Positions 9,759 through 18,940 of a stretch of DNA of 64,000 bases are shown in pieces; position 1 is the first letter of the stretch; the number at the start of each line of letters is the position of its first letter. Source of the stretch: Spirochaetia bacterium (lineage in GTDB: Bacteria; Spirochaetota; Spirochaetia; SZUA-6; Bin103); the NCBI GenBank assembly GCA_965203055.1, contig OZ241863.1, positions 2,880,001-2,944,000 of the forward strand, read 5' to 3'. The position numbers were made by a program, and so were the translations under genes. A model generated the notes under the pieces. That model was not told the DNA's origin. It worked only from the letters and a program-made list of their open reading frames with translations, and ran no database searches.

Positions 9759-11041
9759 AGGCGCTTGCCCAAACTCTTCAGCACCGTGCGTCGTCTGATT
9801 TCCATGTCGGCTTCATTCATTGCGTGGTCATACGGCGAGATGCGGTCCAGTTCCGATCTTAGGCTTCGAGCTTCTTCGGATTCGCCTTCGCCATCGGCGA
9901 CAAGGCTCCGGTAGAGATCGAGCTTCTTGACGAACTCGTTGTCCTTGGGGCGGTTCGGCACGCCCATCACCAAAGCTAGAACGTCTCCCGCTTCGGCGCC
10001 GTACGTGGCGATTCCTCCGATATATCCGGGGATCACATCGCCATTCTCCCGGCTGAGTTCCACGATTCGTTCCGGTTTGACGGAGGTCAGCACCTGGGGG
10101 CTGTGCGTGGATACGAGGAACTGGGTATTCGGAAACGTGCGCAACAGGTCGTCCAGGACACGCTGTTGCCACGCGGGGTGCAAGTGAAGGTCGATTTCGT
10201 CGATCAGCACGATCGCCTCGCAAGCGCACGGGGCGGCACGGTGCGGGTTGCCCTGGGCCATGCGCCGCGCGAGGTCCGCCGCGAGTGCCAGCACCACTCG
10301 ATAGCCGCCGCCCATCTGGTCGAGCGTGAGTTCCTCCCGCCCCCCGGACTTCGCATCTAGCGACACGACGAAACGGAGCGGACCGAATTCGATCCGCGGC
10401 TGAGATGCCCCCGGAATCATGGAAGTGATCGCCGTGCGGACGGCCTCCAGCTCGATCGATACCGCCTTCGGGTCGCGTTTCTGGTCCCTGAGCTCCTCGT
10501 CCTCCTTGGCCTTGAACCATTCGAAGAACTGACGGAAGTCGATACCGGCGGAAAGCGCTCCCGCCAAAGCGGCGTAGCGTGATCTCTCGCGGTATCCGCT
10601 GCGTCGTTGAGGAACGCTGAACGCCGCCCGGTCCGCGCCGTAGAACGCGACGATCGGCAGGTCGATATCCTCACCCTGTTCGTCCGCGCTGACGATGCCC
10701 TCCATCTTCTCGCGCAGCGATCGAACGCCGACGGGCTTGGGGTGGTTCGTCCGGTTCGATGGTACTGGTCCTCTATGGCGTTCCCAGACGGTGCCGCCAG
10801 TCGTTTCCAGCGCTACCCGCACGTAGCGGGCTGATCGTCGTTTATCCGTACCGAGAAACCCGATACCTGGAACCTCAGGCAGCAGAGTAGGCACGGCGCC
10901 GAGGCCGACGGCGATTGCATTCAAGACGCTCGTCTTTCCCTGCGCGTTGTCGCCGTGAAACACCGTCAGCCTCGGGTCGAGGGGCAGCTTGAGATGTTTC
11001 ACTGCGCGATAGTTGTCGATCTCTACCGAGCGCAGCCTCAT
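9755..11041 (-). CDS. ABC-type AAA ATPase (PtuA-like)
   Basis: GDNAQGKTS, MGGGYR signature, LIDEIDLHLHPAWQ, STHSP. Confidence 0.85.
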   Translation of the reverse strand: MRLRSVEIDNYRAVKHLKLPLDPRLTVFHGDNAQGKTSVLNAIAVGLGAVPTLLPEVPGIGFLGTDKRRSARYVRVALETTGGTVWERHRGPVPSNRTNHPKPVGVRSLREKMEGIVSADEQGEDIDLPIVAFYGADRAAFSVPQRRSGYRERSRYAALAGALSAGIDFRQFFEWFKAKEDEELRDQKRDPKAVSIELEAVRTAITSMIPGASQPRIEFGPLRFVVSLDAKSGGREELTLDQMGGGYRVVLALAADLARRMAQGNPHRAAPCACEAIVLIDEIDLHLHPAWQQRVLDDLLRTFPNTQFLVSTHSPQVLTSVKPERIVELSRENGDVIPGYIGGIATYGAEAGDVLALVMGVPNRPKDNEFVKKLDLYRSLVADGEGESEEARSLRSELDRISPYDHAMNEADMEIRRRTVLKSLGKRL

Positions 11042-11050
11042 ACGGATAGG

Positions 11051-11614
11051 TTATTCGGCTGGCGGCGGGGCGAGTTGTTGGAGCTGGCGGAGCTGTTGGA
11101 GTTGGTCGAGTATCTCCTGGGCGGAAGCGCGGTCGCTGGTGCGGCGGCCGACGTGGGACCAGCGCACCACGCCGCCGGTGTCGATGACGAAGGTGGCGGG
11201 GGCCGCGAGGCCGTCGCCGAGCAGGTCGTAGACGCCGTACTCGCGCACCACGTCAGCGGCGCTGTCGTAGAGAATGGGGAAGGGTATTCCGACGCGGGCG
11301 ACGATCGCCTTGGCGCCCGAAAGATCGTCGGTGCTGATGGCCAGCACCTCGGCGTCCAGTGCGCGAATCTGTTCGTACTGGTCAGTCAGCTCGACCAGCT
11401 GACGGCGGCAGTGTACTCACCAGAAGGCGCGGTAGAAGACCAGCACCACGGGGCCTTCTTCCAGGGCGGCGGAGAGGGAATGGGTCCCGCCTGCGGCGCC
11501 GGGCAGCTCGAAGCCGGGCGCCGCGACTCCTGCCGCGGGGGTGACCGCAGTCACCATGGCCGGCGCGCCGGCGGCCAGCGCCATTGCCAGCAGCACGTGT
11601 CGGAGGCTGCCCAT
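11051..11614 (-). CDS. Selenocysteine-containing AhpC/TSA (redoxin) family protein, UxxC motif
   Basis: The two track ORFs (11417-11695 and 11051-11347) are in the same frame and read through TGA at 11417-11419: VLVFYRAFW-U-VHCRRQL...VLAIS...PATFVID. Confidence 0.85.
11385..11403 (-). promoter_or_regulatory. Putative bacterial SECIS element
   Basis: GTCAGCT-GGTCG-AGCTGAC hairpin; the G-containing loop starts 20 nt after the UGA. Confidence 0.7.
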
Positions 11615-11652
11615 CACCGACAGTGTACCGCTACGTTCGGTGCGCCGGCAAG

Positions 11653-11690
11653 GAGCCTGCGGCCGGGTCGGCCGGGTCGGCCGCAGGCTC
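11653..11690. repeat. 13-bp perfect inverted repeat (possible terminator), followed by a 13-bp tandem duplication at 11691-11716
   Basis: GAGCCTGCGGCCG...CGGCCGCAGGCTC; GCCAACCGCCCCG x2. Confidence 0.6.
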
Positions 11691-11722
11691 GCCAACCGCC
11701 CCGGCCAACCGCCCCGGCGCGC

Positions 11723-12817
11723 TCACGAGTCCCCGCCGCCGGGGTCCGCGCCGCGGGTGAGCCACTCCAGGTTGAAGCGGGCCAGGGACAGGCGTTCGTA
11801 GGGATCGCCGCCGGTCCCGGCTTCGTACAGGCAGCAGATCATCCCGTCGCCGGCAACGCACAGATCGGAGTAGGCCGCGGCGCCCTCGTGCAGCACCCGC
11901 GCCAGCGGCCAACTGCGGCAGCCGTCATAGCTGAGGCGCACGGTCATGCGGCGCCGGGCGGCGCGCGCCGCCGGATTGCTGAACAGTATCCGCTGGCGCC
12001 CGTCAGCGCCGGGATAGCGGCACGCGCTTGCCTGACAGATCGGCTCCGTCAGCGCCGCGTCCCGCACGATGGGGGCGAACGTCTCGCCGCCGTCGCCGCT
12101 CCACGCCACCGCCCGATGCCCGCCTCCCGCGCCGCGCAGGGTGCCCTTGTTGCGGCAGTTGAGGCACAGCCAGCCGTCGTCGGTCTGCACCGCGGTCGAC
12201 TCGTTGGTGCCCTCGCCGGCGCGGCCGCCGATGTTCCAGGTGGCGCCATGGTCGTCGGAGTAGATGACGTGGGAGTGACAGGGGTCATGCGCTTCGTAGT
12301 GGCGCGCGACGACGTGATCGCAGGGAATGAGAAGGCGGCCCGAGGCGAGCTGAATGCCGTGGCCGGGACCGGTGGCGTACCAGGTCCAGTCCGGTTGCTT
12401 GACCTGCGCGGTGATCTCGGCAGGCTCCGCCCAGGTGGCGCCGTCGTCGCGGCTGACGGTGACCCAGACGGTACGCGGCGCCTGTCCGCGGCAGATCATG
12501 CGTTCGTCGCCGTCGCGGCGGTTCTTGCAGAACAGCAGCCAGATGCTGCCGCTGTCGCGGTCCACCACCGGCGCGGGGTTGCCGCACACCCAGTCGGGCT
12601 GCGTCGCCACCAGTTGCGGCGCGGCGAAGGTCTTGCCGTGATCGCCGCTGCGCCGCACCAGCAGGTCGATCTGATCCGAGTCCTGGCCGGTGTACTTGCG
12701 CGCCTCGCAGAAGGCGAACACGGTGCCGGCCATGGTCACGGCAAGGGCCGGAATGCGGTAGCGGAAGTACCCGTCACGGCCGCTGGTCCAGAGGTGCTGG
12801 GTGTCGAGTCGCTGCAT
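11723..12817 (-). CDS. Sialidase-family (GH33-like, BNR/Asp-box) glycosidase
   Basis: YRIP motif; Asp-boxes SRDDGATW, SDDHGATW, SGDGGETF; AYSDL. Confidence 0.9.
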   Translation of the reverse strand: MQRLDTQHLWTSGRDGYFRYRIPALAVTMAGTVFAFCEARKYTGQDSDQIDLLVRRSGDHGKTFAAPQLVATQPDWVCGNPAPVVDRDSGSIWLLFCKNRRDGDERMICRGQAPRTVWVTVSRDDGATWAEPAEITAQVKQPDWTWYATGPGHGIQLASGRLLIPCDHVVARHYEAHDPCHSHVIYSDDHGATWNIGGRAGEGTNESTAVQTDDGWLCLNCRNKGTLRGAGGGHRAVAWSGDGGETFAPIVRDAALTEPICQASACRYPGADGRQRILFSNPAARAARRRMTVRLSYDGCRSWPLARVLHEGAAAYSDLCVAGDGMICCLYEAGTGGDPYERLSLARFNLEWLTRGADPGGGDS

Positions 12818-12949
12818 GCCGTGCGATTATGCCACCGGCGCCGGCGCCCGCCAAACCGCCGCCGGCGCGGCGCGGCCGGGTCGACAGGAGCGCGGCCGCG
12901 GCGCACAATCGCCGGCGGGCACCATCAGCCTCGAAAGGAGCTACCGTAC

Positions 12950-13312
12950 ATGGAGCGAACGATCTATCCGGGCGGCGAGAGTCTCGCCGCCCGCCAGCAG
13001 GAGAGCTGGGGCGCGCTGCGCTGGCTCGCCAACGCCGCCATCGGCAACGCCGACGGGCTGACCCTCGGCCACGTCGTCATCAAGGCCGGCACCGCCAACC
13101 CGCGCCACTGCCACCGCACCTGCGAAGAGGTGCTCTACCTGCTGCGCGGCACCCTGACCCATACGCTCGGCGACGAGTCGTTCGCCATGCAGCCGGGCGA
13201 TACCATCTCGGTCCCCGCCGGTGTGTTCCACAACGGCATCAACCGCGGCGCGGAGGATGCCGAGATGATCATCGCCTACTCCACCGCCAAGCGCGACTTC
13301 GTGCTGGAGTAG
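12950..13312 (+). CDS. Cupin domain protein
   Basis: AAGGAG RBS; HCH..CEE and PAGVFH cupin motifs. Confidence 0.85.
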   Translation: MERTIYPGGESLAARQQESWGALRWLANAAIGNADGLTLGHVVIKAGTANPRHCHRTCEEVLYLLRGTLTHTLGDESFAMQPGDTISVPAGVFHNGINRGAEDAEMIIAYSTAKRDFVLE

Positions 13313-13319
13313 CCGGAGC

Positions 13320-13355
13320 GCGCCGCCGGCAGCCCTGCCGGAGGGCCGGCGGCGC
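13320..13355. terminator. GC hairpin between convergent genes
   Basis: GCGCCGCCGGC...GCCGGCGGCGC, 11-bp stem; no U-tract. Confidence 0.4.
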
Positions 13356-14194
13356 TACCGGGGCGCCAGCGGAGCGGACTTGAACGCCCGCACTTGGCCG
13401 CTGATGGCGCGTTCAGTGGGCAGCCGCTCGATGGAGGAGGCACCGAAGAACCCGTCGATGCCGGGCATGCGCGCCAATGCTTCGGTAACGGTCTCCGGTT
13501 CATCGAACGGACCGCCGTGGCAGATCACCAGCAGGTCGCCGCGTACCCGGCGCCCGGCGGCGGCGATGGCCAGGACCCTCTCGATCGCCTGCTCCAGGGT
13601 CAGGGCGACGCCCGCACCGATGCTGCCGGAGGTGGTCAACCCGACGTGCGCGACGAGCTGGTCGGCCCCCGCGCGCGCCATTGCCGCGGCCTGCTCCGCG
13701 TCGAACACGTAGGGGGAGGTGAACAGATCGAGCTCGTGCGCCAGCCGGATCGCCTCGATCTCCTTGTCGTATCCCATCCCGGTCGCTTCCAGGTTGAGCC
13801 GGAACTCGCCGTCGATGAGCCCGACGGTCGGAAAGTTCTGGATGCCGGAGAAGCCGATCTCCTTGATCTGCCGCAGGAACACCGGCAGCAGGCGGAACGG
13901 ATCGGTGCCGCACACCCCGGCCAGCACCGGCGTGTCCTTGACCACCGGCAGCACCTCGGCGGCCATTTCCACCACGATGCCGTTGGCGTCGCCGTACGGC
14001 ATCATGCCGGCCAGCGAGCCGCGCCCGGCCATGCGGTAGCGGCCCGAGTTGTAGATGATGATCAGGTCGGCGCCGCCGGCCTCGGCGAGCTTGGCCGAGA
14101 TTCCGGTGCCTGCGCCGCAACCCACCACCGGGGTGCCGGCCGCCGCCTGGGAGCGCAGGCGGCGCAGAATCTCCGAGCGCGGAATACCGGTCAT
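13355..14194 (-). CDS. TIM-barrel signal transduction / PEP hydrolase-like family protein
   Basis: [44 protein letters not shown]. Confidence 0.9.
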   Translation of the reverse strand: MTGIPRSEILRRLRSQAAAGTPVVGCGAGTGISAKLAEAGGADLIIIYNSGRYRMAGRGSLAGMMPYGDANGIVVEMAAEVLPVVKDTPVLAGVCGTDPFRLLPVFLRQIKEIGFSGIQNFPTVGLIDGEFRLNLEATGMGYDKEIEAIRLAHELDLFTSPYVFDAEQAAAMARAGADQLVAHVGLTTSGSIGAGVALTLEQAIERVLAIAAAGRRVRGDLLVICHGGPFDEPETVTEALARMPGIDGFFGASSIERLPTERAISGQVRAFKSAPLAPR

Positions 14195-15405
14195 TGCAGC
14201 ATCTCCAACAGCAGCCCGGCCACCCGCCCCGAAAACTCCGGGTCGTTGATATTGTGGTCATCTTCCAGCAGGGGGATGCCGGCGCGGAGGTTGGCGCGGA
14301 TCGCCTCGAAGCAGGCGCGGTCGGCCGCCGGGTCCCAGAACCGCTCGCCCTTGCTGTCCAGCATCGACACGCCGCCGAGGGGCACCACCACGGCTACCGC
14401 GGCGGTTGCCGCGTTCACCGCCGCGGCGATCATCTCGCCGATGCGCCGATTTTCCTCGACGTTGGTGCGCAGCAGGGTCACGTCCGGGTTCCACTCATAC
14501 AACAGCCGGCCGCGGTAGCGTTCCGGCACCGTGTCCGGCCCGCCGAAGTTGGCCATGTCCACGCAGCCCGGCACCACCACCGCGGGCACGCCGGCGCGCG
14601 ACGCGGCCAGGCAGCGTTCCGGTCCGGCGTCGAACACGCCGCCGCACACCGTGTCCGCCAATTCGGTAGTGGTCAGGTCCAGGCTGCCGCTGATATAGCC
14701 GTCGGCGATCAACCCCTCCATGGTCCGTCCGCCGCTGCCGGTGGCATGGAACACCAGCACCTCGTAGCCGGCCGCTTCGAGGAGGCCGCGCGCGTGCTCC
14801 ACCGCGGTGGTCGTGTTGCCGAACATCGATGCCGTGAGCAGCGGGCGCTCGTTGGCCGCGGGCGCGGCGCCCGCGCGGGTGCGCACCATCCCGGCGATGG
14901 CGCCGGCGGCGTTGGCGTAGATGGCGCGGCTGATGCGGTTGATGCCGGCCACGTCCACCACCGACGGCATGAAGGTGACGTCCTTGGTGCCGGCGAAGGC
15001 GCTCACGTCGCCGCCGCCGACCGTGGACACCATCATCTTCGGCACCCCCACCGGCAGCTCGCGCATCGCCGCGGTGGCCAGCGAGGTGCCGCCGCTGCCG
15101 CCCATGCCGATGATGCCGTCCAGGCGCCCCTCGCCGTGCAGCCGGCTCACCACCGCGGCCAGCCCGCGCGCCATCGTGGCCATCGCCTCGTCCTTGTGCC
15201 CGCCCGAGGCAAGGTGCGCCAAGTCCCCGCCGCCGGCAGCGCACACCTCCTCGCGGGCGACGTCGGCGGCCAAGGCCGGCTTGCCCATCACCCCGAAGTC
15301 CACCACCAGCGTCGCCAGCCCCGCTCCCTCGATCAGTTCCTTGACGAAGGCGAAGTCAGCCCCCTTGGTGTCCAGCGCTCCGGCCAGCACCACCGTATCA
15401 GCCAT
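14191..15405 (-). CDS. Tm-1-like ATP-binding protein (UPF0261)
   Basis: [43 protein letters not shown]. Confidence 0.9.
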   Translation of the reverse strand: MADTVVLAGALDTKGADFAFVKELIEGAGLATLVVDFGVMGKPALAADVAREEVCAAGGGDLAHLASGGHKDEAMATMARGLAAVVSRLHGEGRLDGIIGMGGSGGTSLATAAMRELPVGVPKMMVSTVGGGDVSAFAGTKDVTFMPSVVDVAGINRISRAIYANAAGAIAGMVRTRAGAAPAANERPLLTASMFGNTTTAVEHARGLLEAAGYEVLVFHATGSGGRTMEGLIADGYISGSLDLTTTELADTVCGGVFDAGPERCLAASRAGVPAVVVPGCVDMANFGGPDTVPERYRGRLLYEWNPDVTLLRTNVEENRRIGEMIAAAVNAATAAVAVVVPLGGVSMLDSKGERFWDPAADRACFEAIRANLRAGIPLLEDDHNINDPEFSGRVAGLLLEMLQ

Positions 15406-15471
15406 TTCAGTTCCTCCCTCGTTCACCCAACCGCAAATCGCGCATTCGGGCAAGTGCGTCCGCCGCGGCGG

Positions 15472-16143
15472 TCAGGGCTCAGGCTGCTCGTAGCCCATCA
15501 GGCGCATGATCCGCGCCACGTAGCCGCTGGTCTCCTCCGGAGCGTACGGCGTGACCTGCGCCCACACGGCGCACTGCGCAGCGCAGCGTTCCTGCGCCCG
15601 CAGCATCCGGCTGCGGCCGCCGTTGTAGCTGGCGAAGGTGAATGCCAGCCGCTCCCGGTGCTGCGGGATGTCGTTCCACAGGTCGTACAGGTAGCGGTCG
15701 TAGAACACGCCGGCGGCGATGTTCTGGCCCGGGTCGTCGTCGTCGAGCAGCGCGAGCGAGGACTTCTCGGCGATCTCCTTGAGAGTGGCCGGCATGATCT
15801 GCATGATGCCCTTGGCGCCCACCCAACTGGTCGCGTCCTCCTGCAGCCCGGACTCGGCGATGCCCTGCGCCTTGAACCAGCGCCAGTCGAAGCCGGCGCC
15901 GAAGAACCGCTTCGAGTACTTGCGAAAGTGGTGATCGTACTGCGAGGTCCACTGGCGGTGCTCCACCGGCATTCTGCCCGGCAGCGCGTCCGCGGAGGGC
16001 AGGTCGCTGTCCGCGGCGGGCGCCGGCTCCGCCGCGGCAACCGCCGGATCTGGAGCGGCCGGCGCGCAGCCCAGGGCGGCGAGGAGCGCGGCGGCCGCCC
16101 CCAGCGCCGCCGCGCACCGGCCGCGGCGCGCCGCGGCGCTCAA
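15472..16143 (-). CDS. SLT-domain lytic transglycosylase (MltF-like), probable lipoprotein
   Basis: AES catalytic Glu, GAKGIMQIMP, ASYNGG, ETSGYV; LGC lipobox. Confidence 0.85.
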   Translation of the reverse strand: MSAAARRGRCAAALGAAAALLAALGCAPAAPDPAVAAAEPAPAADSDLPSADALPGRMPVEHRQWTSQYDHHFRKYSKRFFGAGFDWRWFKAQGIAESGLQEDATSWVGAKGIMQIMPATLKEIAEKSSLALLDDDDPGQNIAAGVFYDRYLYDLWNDIPQHRERLAFTFASYNGGRSRMLRAQERCAAQCAVWAQVTPYAPEETSGYVARIMRLMGYEQPEP

Positions 16144-16367
16144 TTGAGTCCCATGCCGACCACCAGGCCGACCGCCACGCCGATGCCGACGAACATCCCG
16201 CCCACCATGATGCCGACCGCCACGTTGCCGTCGCGGAGTTGCGCCGCGGTGTCGAACGGCGTCACGTGATCGATGATCCGGTAGCCGAAGAACATGAAGG
16301 CGATTGCCGCGCCCCCGCCGACCGCCGCGTAGAGCAGATTCAGCAGTATGATTCCAATAGTCCCCAT
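16140..16367 (-). CDS. DUF350 small membrane protein
   Basis: GGAGGGG RBS; IDHVTPFD...LRDGNVAVG between two hydrophobic helices. Confidence 0.8.
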   Translation of the reverse strand: MGTIGIILLNLLYAAVGGGAAIAFMFFGYRIIDHVTPFDTAAQLRDGNVAVGIMVGGMFVGIGVAVGLVVGMGLN

Positions 16368-16377
16368 ATCCCCTCCG

Positions 16378-16650
16378 TCAGCCGCACTCGAAGAGCCGTC
16401 TGAACCACCCGGCAAACCTGTCAACAAATCCTACCGATCGTCCACTGCTGAACCGGACGGCTTCGGACATGCCGTCGAGCAATTCCGAAACGCCTCCTGC
16501 CGGCTGGATGAGGGGAGCATTGTCGGAGTAGACCTCCCTGTGCTCCCGCCCAACAGGGCATATACACCCGCGTTGTCTGAGCAGGTGCATTATGGTATGG
16601 GCGTCGTCCGCGCCCTCGACTCGCAGCGTGGATCGCTCGATGGCCGGCAT
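16378..16650 (-). pseudogene. Truncated DUF3226/TOPRIM-like ATPase partner
   Basis: LRVEGADD start, TGATG-coupled to the ATPase. Ends after about 90 aa, at the strand (SVGFVD) where the DxD motif should be. Confidence 0.55.
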
Positions 16651-17708
16651 CAACGGACCTCGATGTCTTGTTCTATGACGACCGGGATCCGGGCGCCGCA
16701 AAGGCTTACGGCCCGCGGCAGCGACCGTTCGAGCTTGTGGATCGAAACCTGTCCCGCTAGTTCAGGGTGCGCGCGTACCAAGGTTCCCAATCCGCGGATG
16801 CAGTCGTAGCTGTGCGTGGTGGCAAAGATCTGAACGTTCAACTGTTCCGCCACTTGGACGAGGAGGCGCCAGATGTCTTCCATGACGGTCCAGTGCAACC
16901 CGGAATCGATTTCATCGATCAGCAGGAACCCGTTTTCCGACCCGGCCAGAGCAAGTCGGAAGGCGAGCAGCCGGTGTACGCCATCGCCGTAATTACCGAT
17001 CTGGACTCGGCGGGCTACGCCGCGGCGTCCCACCAGTATACCGCCGCTGCCCAGCCTTTCTCGGGCCAGGAAGTGGATCGAGTCTATGTCCGGCATAAGA
17101 AGCTTCATGTCCTCCACGATTTCGGCCTCTCGGCCGTGGGTCAGAATCTCCTCCCATGCCTGCTCCATGGCCGCGAACGAAAAAGACTCCAGAGCAAGAA
17201 AATGAACCGGATTTTCAAGCGATCCATTTCGTCTAGGAGCAGATACAGATTGCCTGTATCCGATGATCGAACCATCTTCCGTGATCGGTAGTGTGGTTTT
17301 CTCGTCTTTCGCATTGACTATGCTCAGCGCAAACGCCGATTCCGGATGTGATCGGTTCACATCTTCGAGTCCATCGAGGTGCATGACGTGGACGCTTAGA
17401 TTAAGCTTGCCGTCCTCAGACGACAACTCGAAGTGTGCTCCCGGCTTACATTCATAACCAAAGAACAGGTTGGAGAGGGCGGGACTACGGTCCTTTCGAT
17501 AGTGGGGCGCAGGCGCGCCGCGCCGCCGTGCGGCTTCGTGAAACGCGGTGACGTGGCCAGCCGCAACGAGCAGCTCGACTGCCTCGAGAATGGATGTCTT
17601 GCCGGAGTTGTTCTTGCCGACGATGAGGTTGACCCTCGTCAAGTCGGCCAACCGGTACGATTCGAAACCGCGGTATCGGCGTAGCGTCAGGGTCTGCAGC
17701 ATGCCCAC
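16650..17708 (-). CDS. ABC-type AAA ATPase (AAA_21/AbiEii-like)
   Basis: GKNNSGKTS, YGDG, LLIDEIDSGLH, TTHS. Confidence 0.85.
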   Translation of the reverse strand: MGMLQTLTLRRYRGFESYRLADLTRVNLIVGKNNSGKTSILEAVELLVAAGHVTAFHEAARRRGAPAPHYRKDRSPALSNLFFGYECKPGAHFELSSEDGKLNLSVHVMHLDGLEDVNRSHPESAFALSIVNAKDEKTTLPITEDGSIIGYRQSVSAPRRNGSLENPVHFLALESFSFAAMEQAWEEILTHGREAEIVEDMKLLMPDIDSIHFLARERLGSGGILVGRRGVARRVQIGNYGDGVHRLLAFRLALAGSENGFLLIDEIDSGLHWTVMEDIWRLLVQVAEQLNVQIFATTHSYDCIRGLGTLVRAHPELAGQVSIHKLERSLPRAVSLCGARIPVVIEQDIEVR

Positions 17709-17977
17709 TCCTCACCCGGCGGACGTTCGGCGCCAGCCTCGCGTCAGACCGTACCGAAACGGCAACCGGCAGACAAGGCGCCCCGTGGCTGCAGAGGCGG
17801 GGCAGCGGGCGGCGGGTCTCTGAGTGTGATATAATTGCGTGGTCGGAGCAGGGGTACCGGGTTGATGCAAACCGACCCCGCCCCACCGCGTACCGTCCCC
17901 GGCGGCCGCGGCCTGCCGCTCCGGGAGGAGTTGGGCATTTTGGCGTGCGGCGCCGCCGGCAAACAAGGAGGCGGCTG

Positions 17978-18940
17978 ATGCCGGGTCTGTTCGATCTTCC
18001 CCTCGCCGAGCTGAAGCGCTACGCCGGTTGCAATCCGCGGCCCGCGGACTTCGATGAGTATTGGGCGCGCGCCGGCGCCGAGCTGAACGCGGTGGAGACC
18101 GCGGCGGAGTTGGCGCCGACGCGGTTTCAGGTGCCGTTCGCCCGCTGCCGGCACTTGTACTTCACCGGCGTGGGCGGCGCGCGCATCCACGCCAAGCTGC
18201 TGCAGCCGGCCGCGCCGGCCGCGCCCGGCCCGGCGCTGCTCATGTTCCACGGCTACCGCGGCAGCTCCCCGGAATGGTCGGAGTTGCTCGGCTACGCCGC
18301 GGCCGGCTTTACCGTGGCGGCGCTCGATTGCCGCGGACAGGGGGGCCGGTCGCAGGACGTTGGCGGGGTGCGCGGCAACACGCTGTACGGCCACATCATC
18401 CGCGGGCTGGCGGATGGCCCCGACCGGCTCCTGTACCGGCAGATCTTCCTCGACACCGTTGCGCTGGCGCGCGTGGTGATGGCGCTGGACGAGGTGGACC
18501 CCGCTCGCGTGGGCGCCACCGGCGCGTCGCAGGGGGGCGGTCTGACCCTGGCCTGCGCCGCGCTGGAGCCGCGCATCAAGCGGGCGGCGCCGGTGTACCC
18601 GTTCCTGTGCGACTACCGGCGCGTGTGGCAGATGGACCAGGCGGAACGGGCCTACCGCGAGCTGCGCGACTTCTTCCGCCTGTACGATCCTACCCATGAG
18701 CAGGAGCATTTCTACTTCGAGCGCCTCGGCTACATCGACGTGCAGCACTTGGCCGGCCGCATCCGGGCGCAGGTCCTCATGGGCGTCGGCCTGATGGATC
18801 AGGTGTGCCCGCCGTCATCGCAGTTCGCGGCCTACAACAAGATCACCGCGCCCAAGGAGATGGTGATCTACCCGGACTTCGAACACGAGCCGCTGCCGCA
18901 GTTTCGCGATCGCATACTGCAATTCATGCTCGGCCTGTAG
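17978..18940 (+). CDS. Acetyl xylan esterase / cephalosporin-C deacetylase (CE7)
   Basis: AAGGAGG RBS; RPADFDEYW, FHGY, RGQ, GASQGG, DQVCPPS, HE. Confidence 0.9.
   Translation: MPGLFDLPLAELKRYAGCNPRPADFDEYWARAGAELNAVETAAELAPTRFQVPFARCRHLYFTGVGGARIHAKLLQPAAPAAPGPALLMFHGYRGSSPEWSELLGYAAAGFTVAALDCRGQGGRSQDVGGVRGNTLYGHIIRGLADGPDRLLYRQIFLDTVALARVVMALDEVDPARVGATGASQGGGLTLACAALEPRIKRAAPVYPFLCDYRRVWQMDQAERAYRELRDFFRLYDPTHEQEHFYFERLGYIDVQHLAGRIRAQVLMGVGLMDQVCPPSSQFAAYNKITAPKEMVIYPDFEHEPLPQFRDRILQFMLGL

Noticed and set aside
8985..11050. Retron or DGR
   Set aside because: No reverse transcriptase was found. AAA paralogue differences are not visibly adenine-specific.
16140..16427. Longer DUF350 start from the ORF track
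   Set aside because: The RBS supports ATG 16367, and the extension overlaps the truncated upstream gene.
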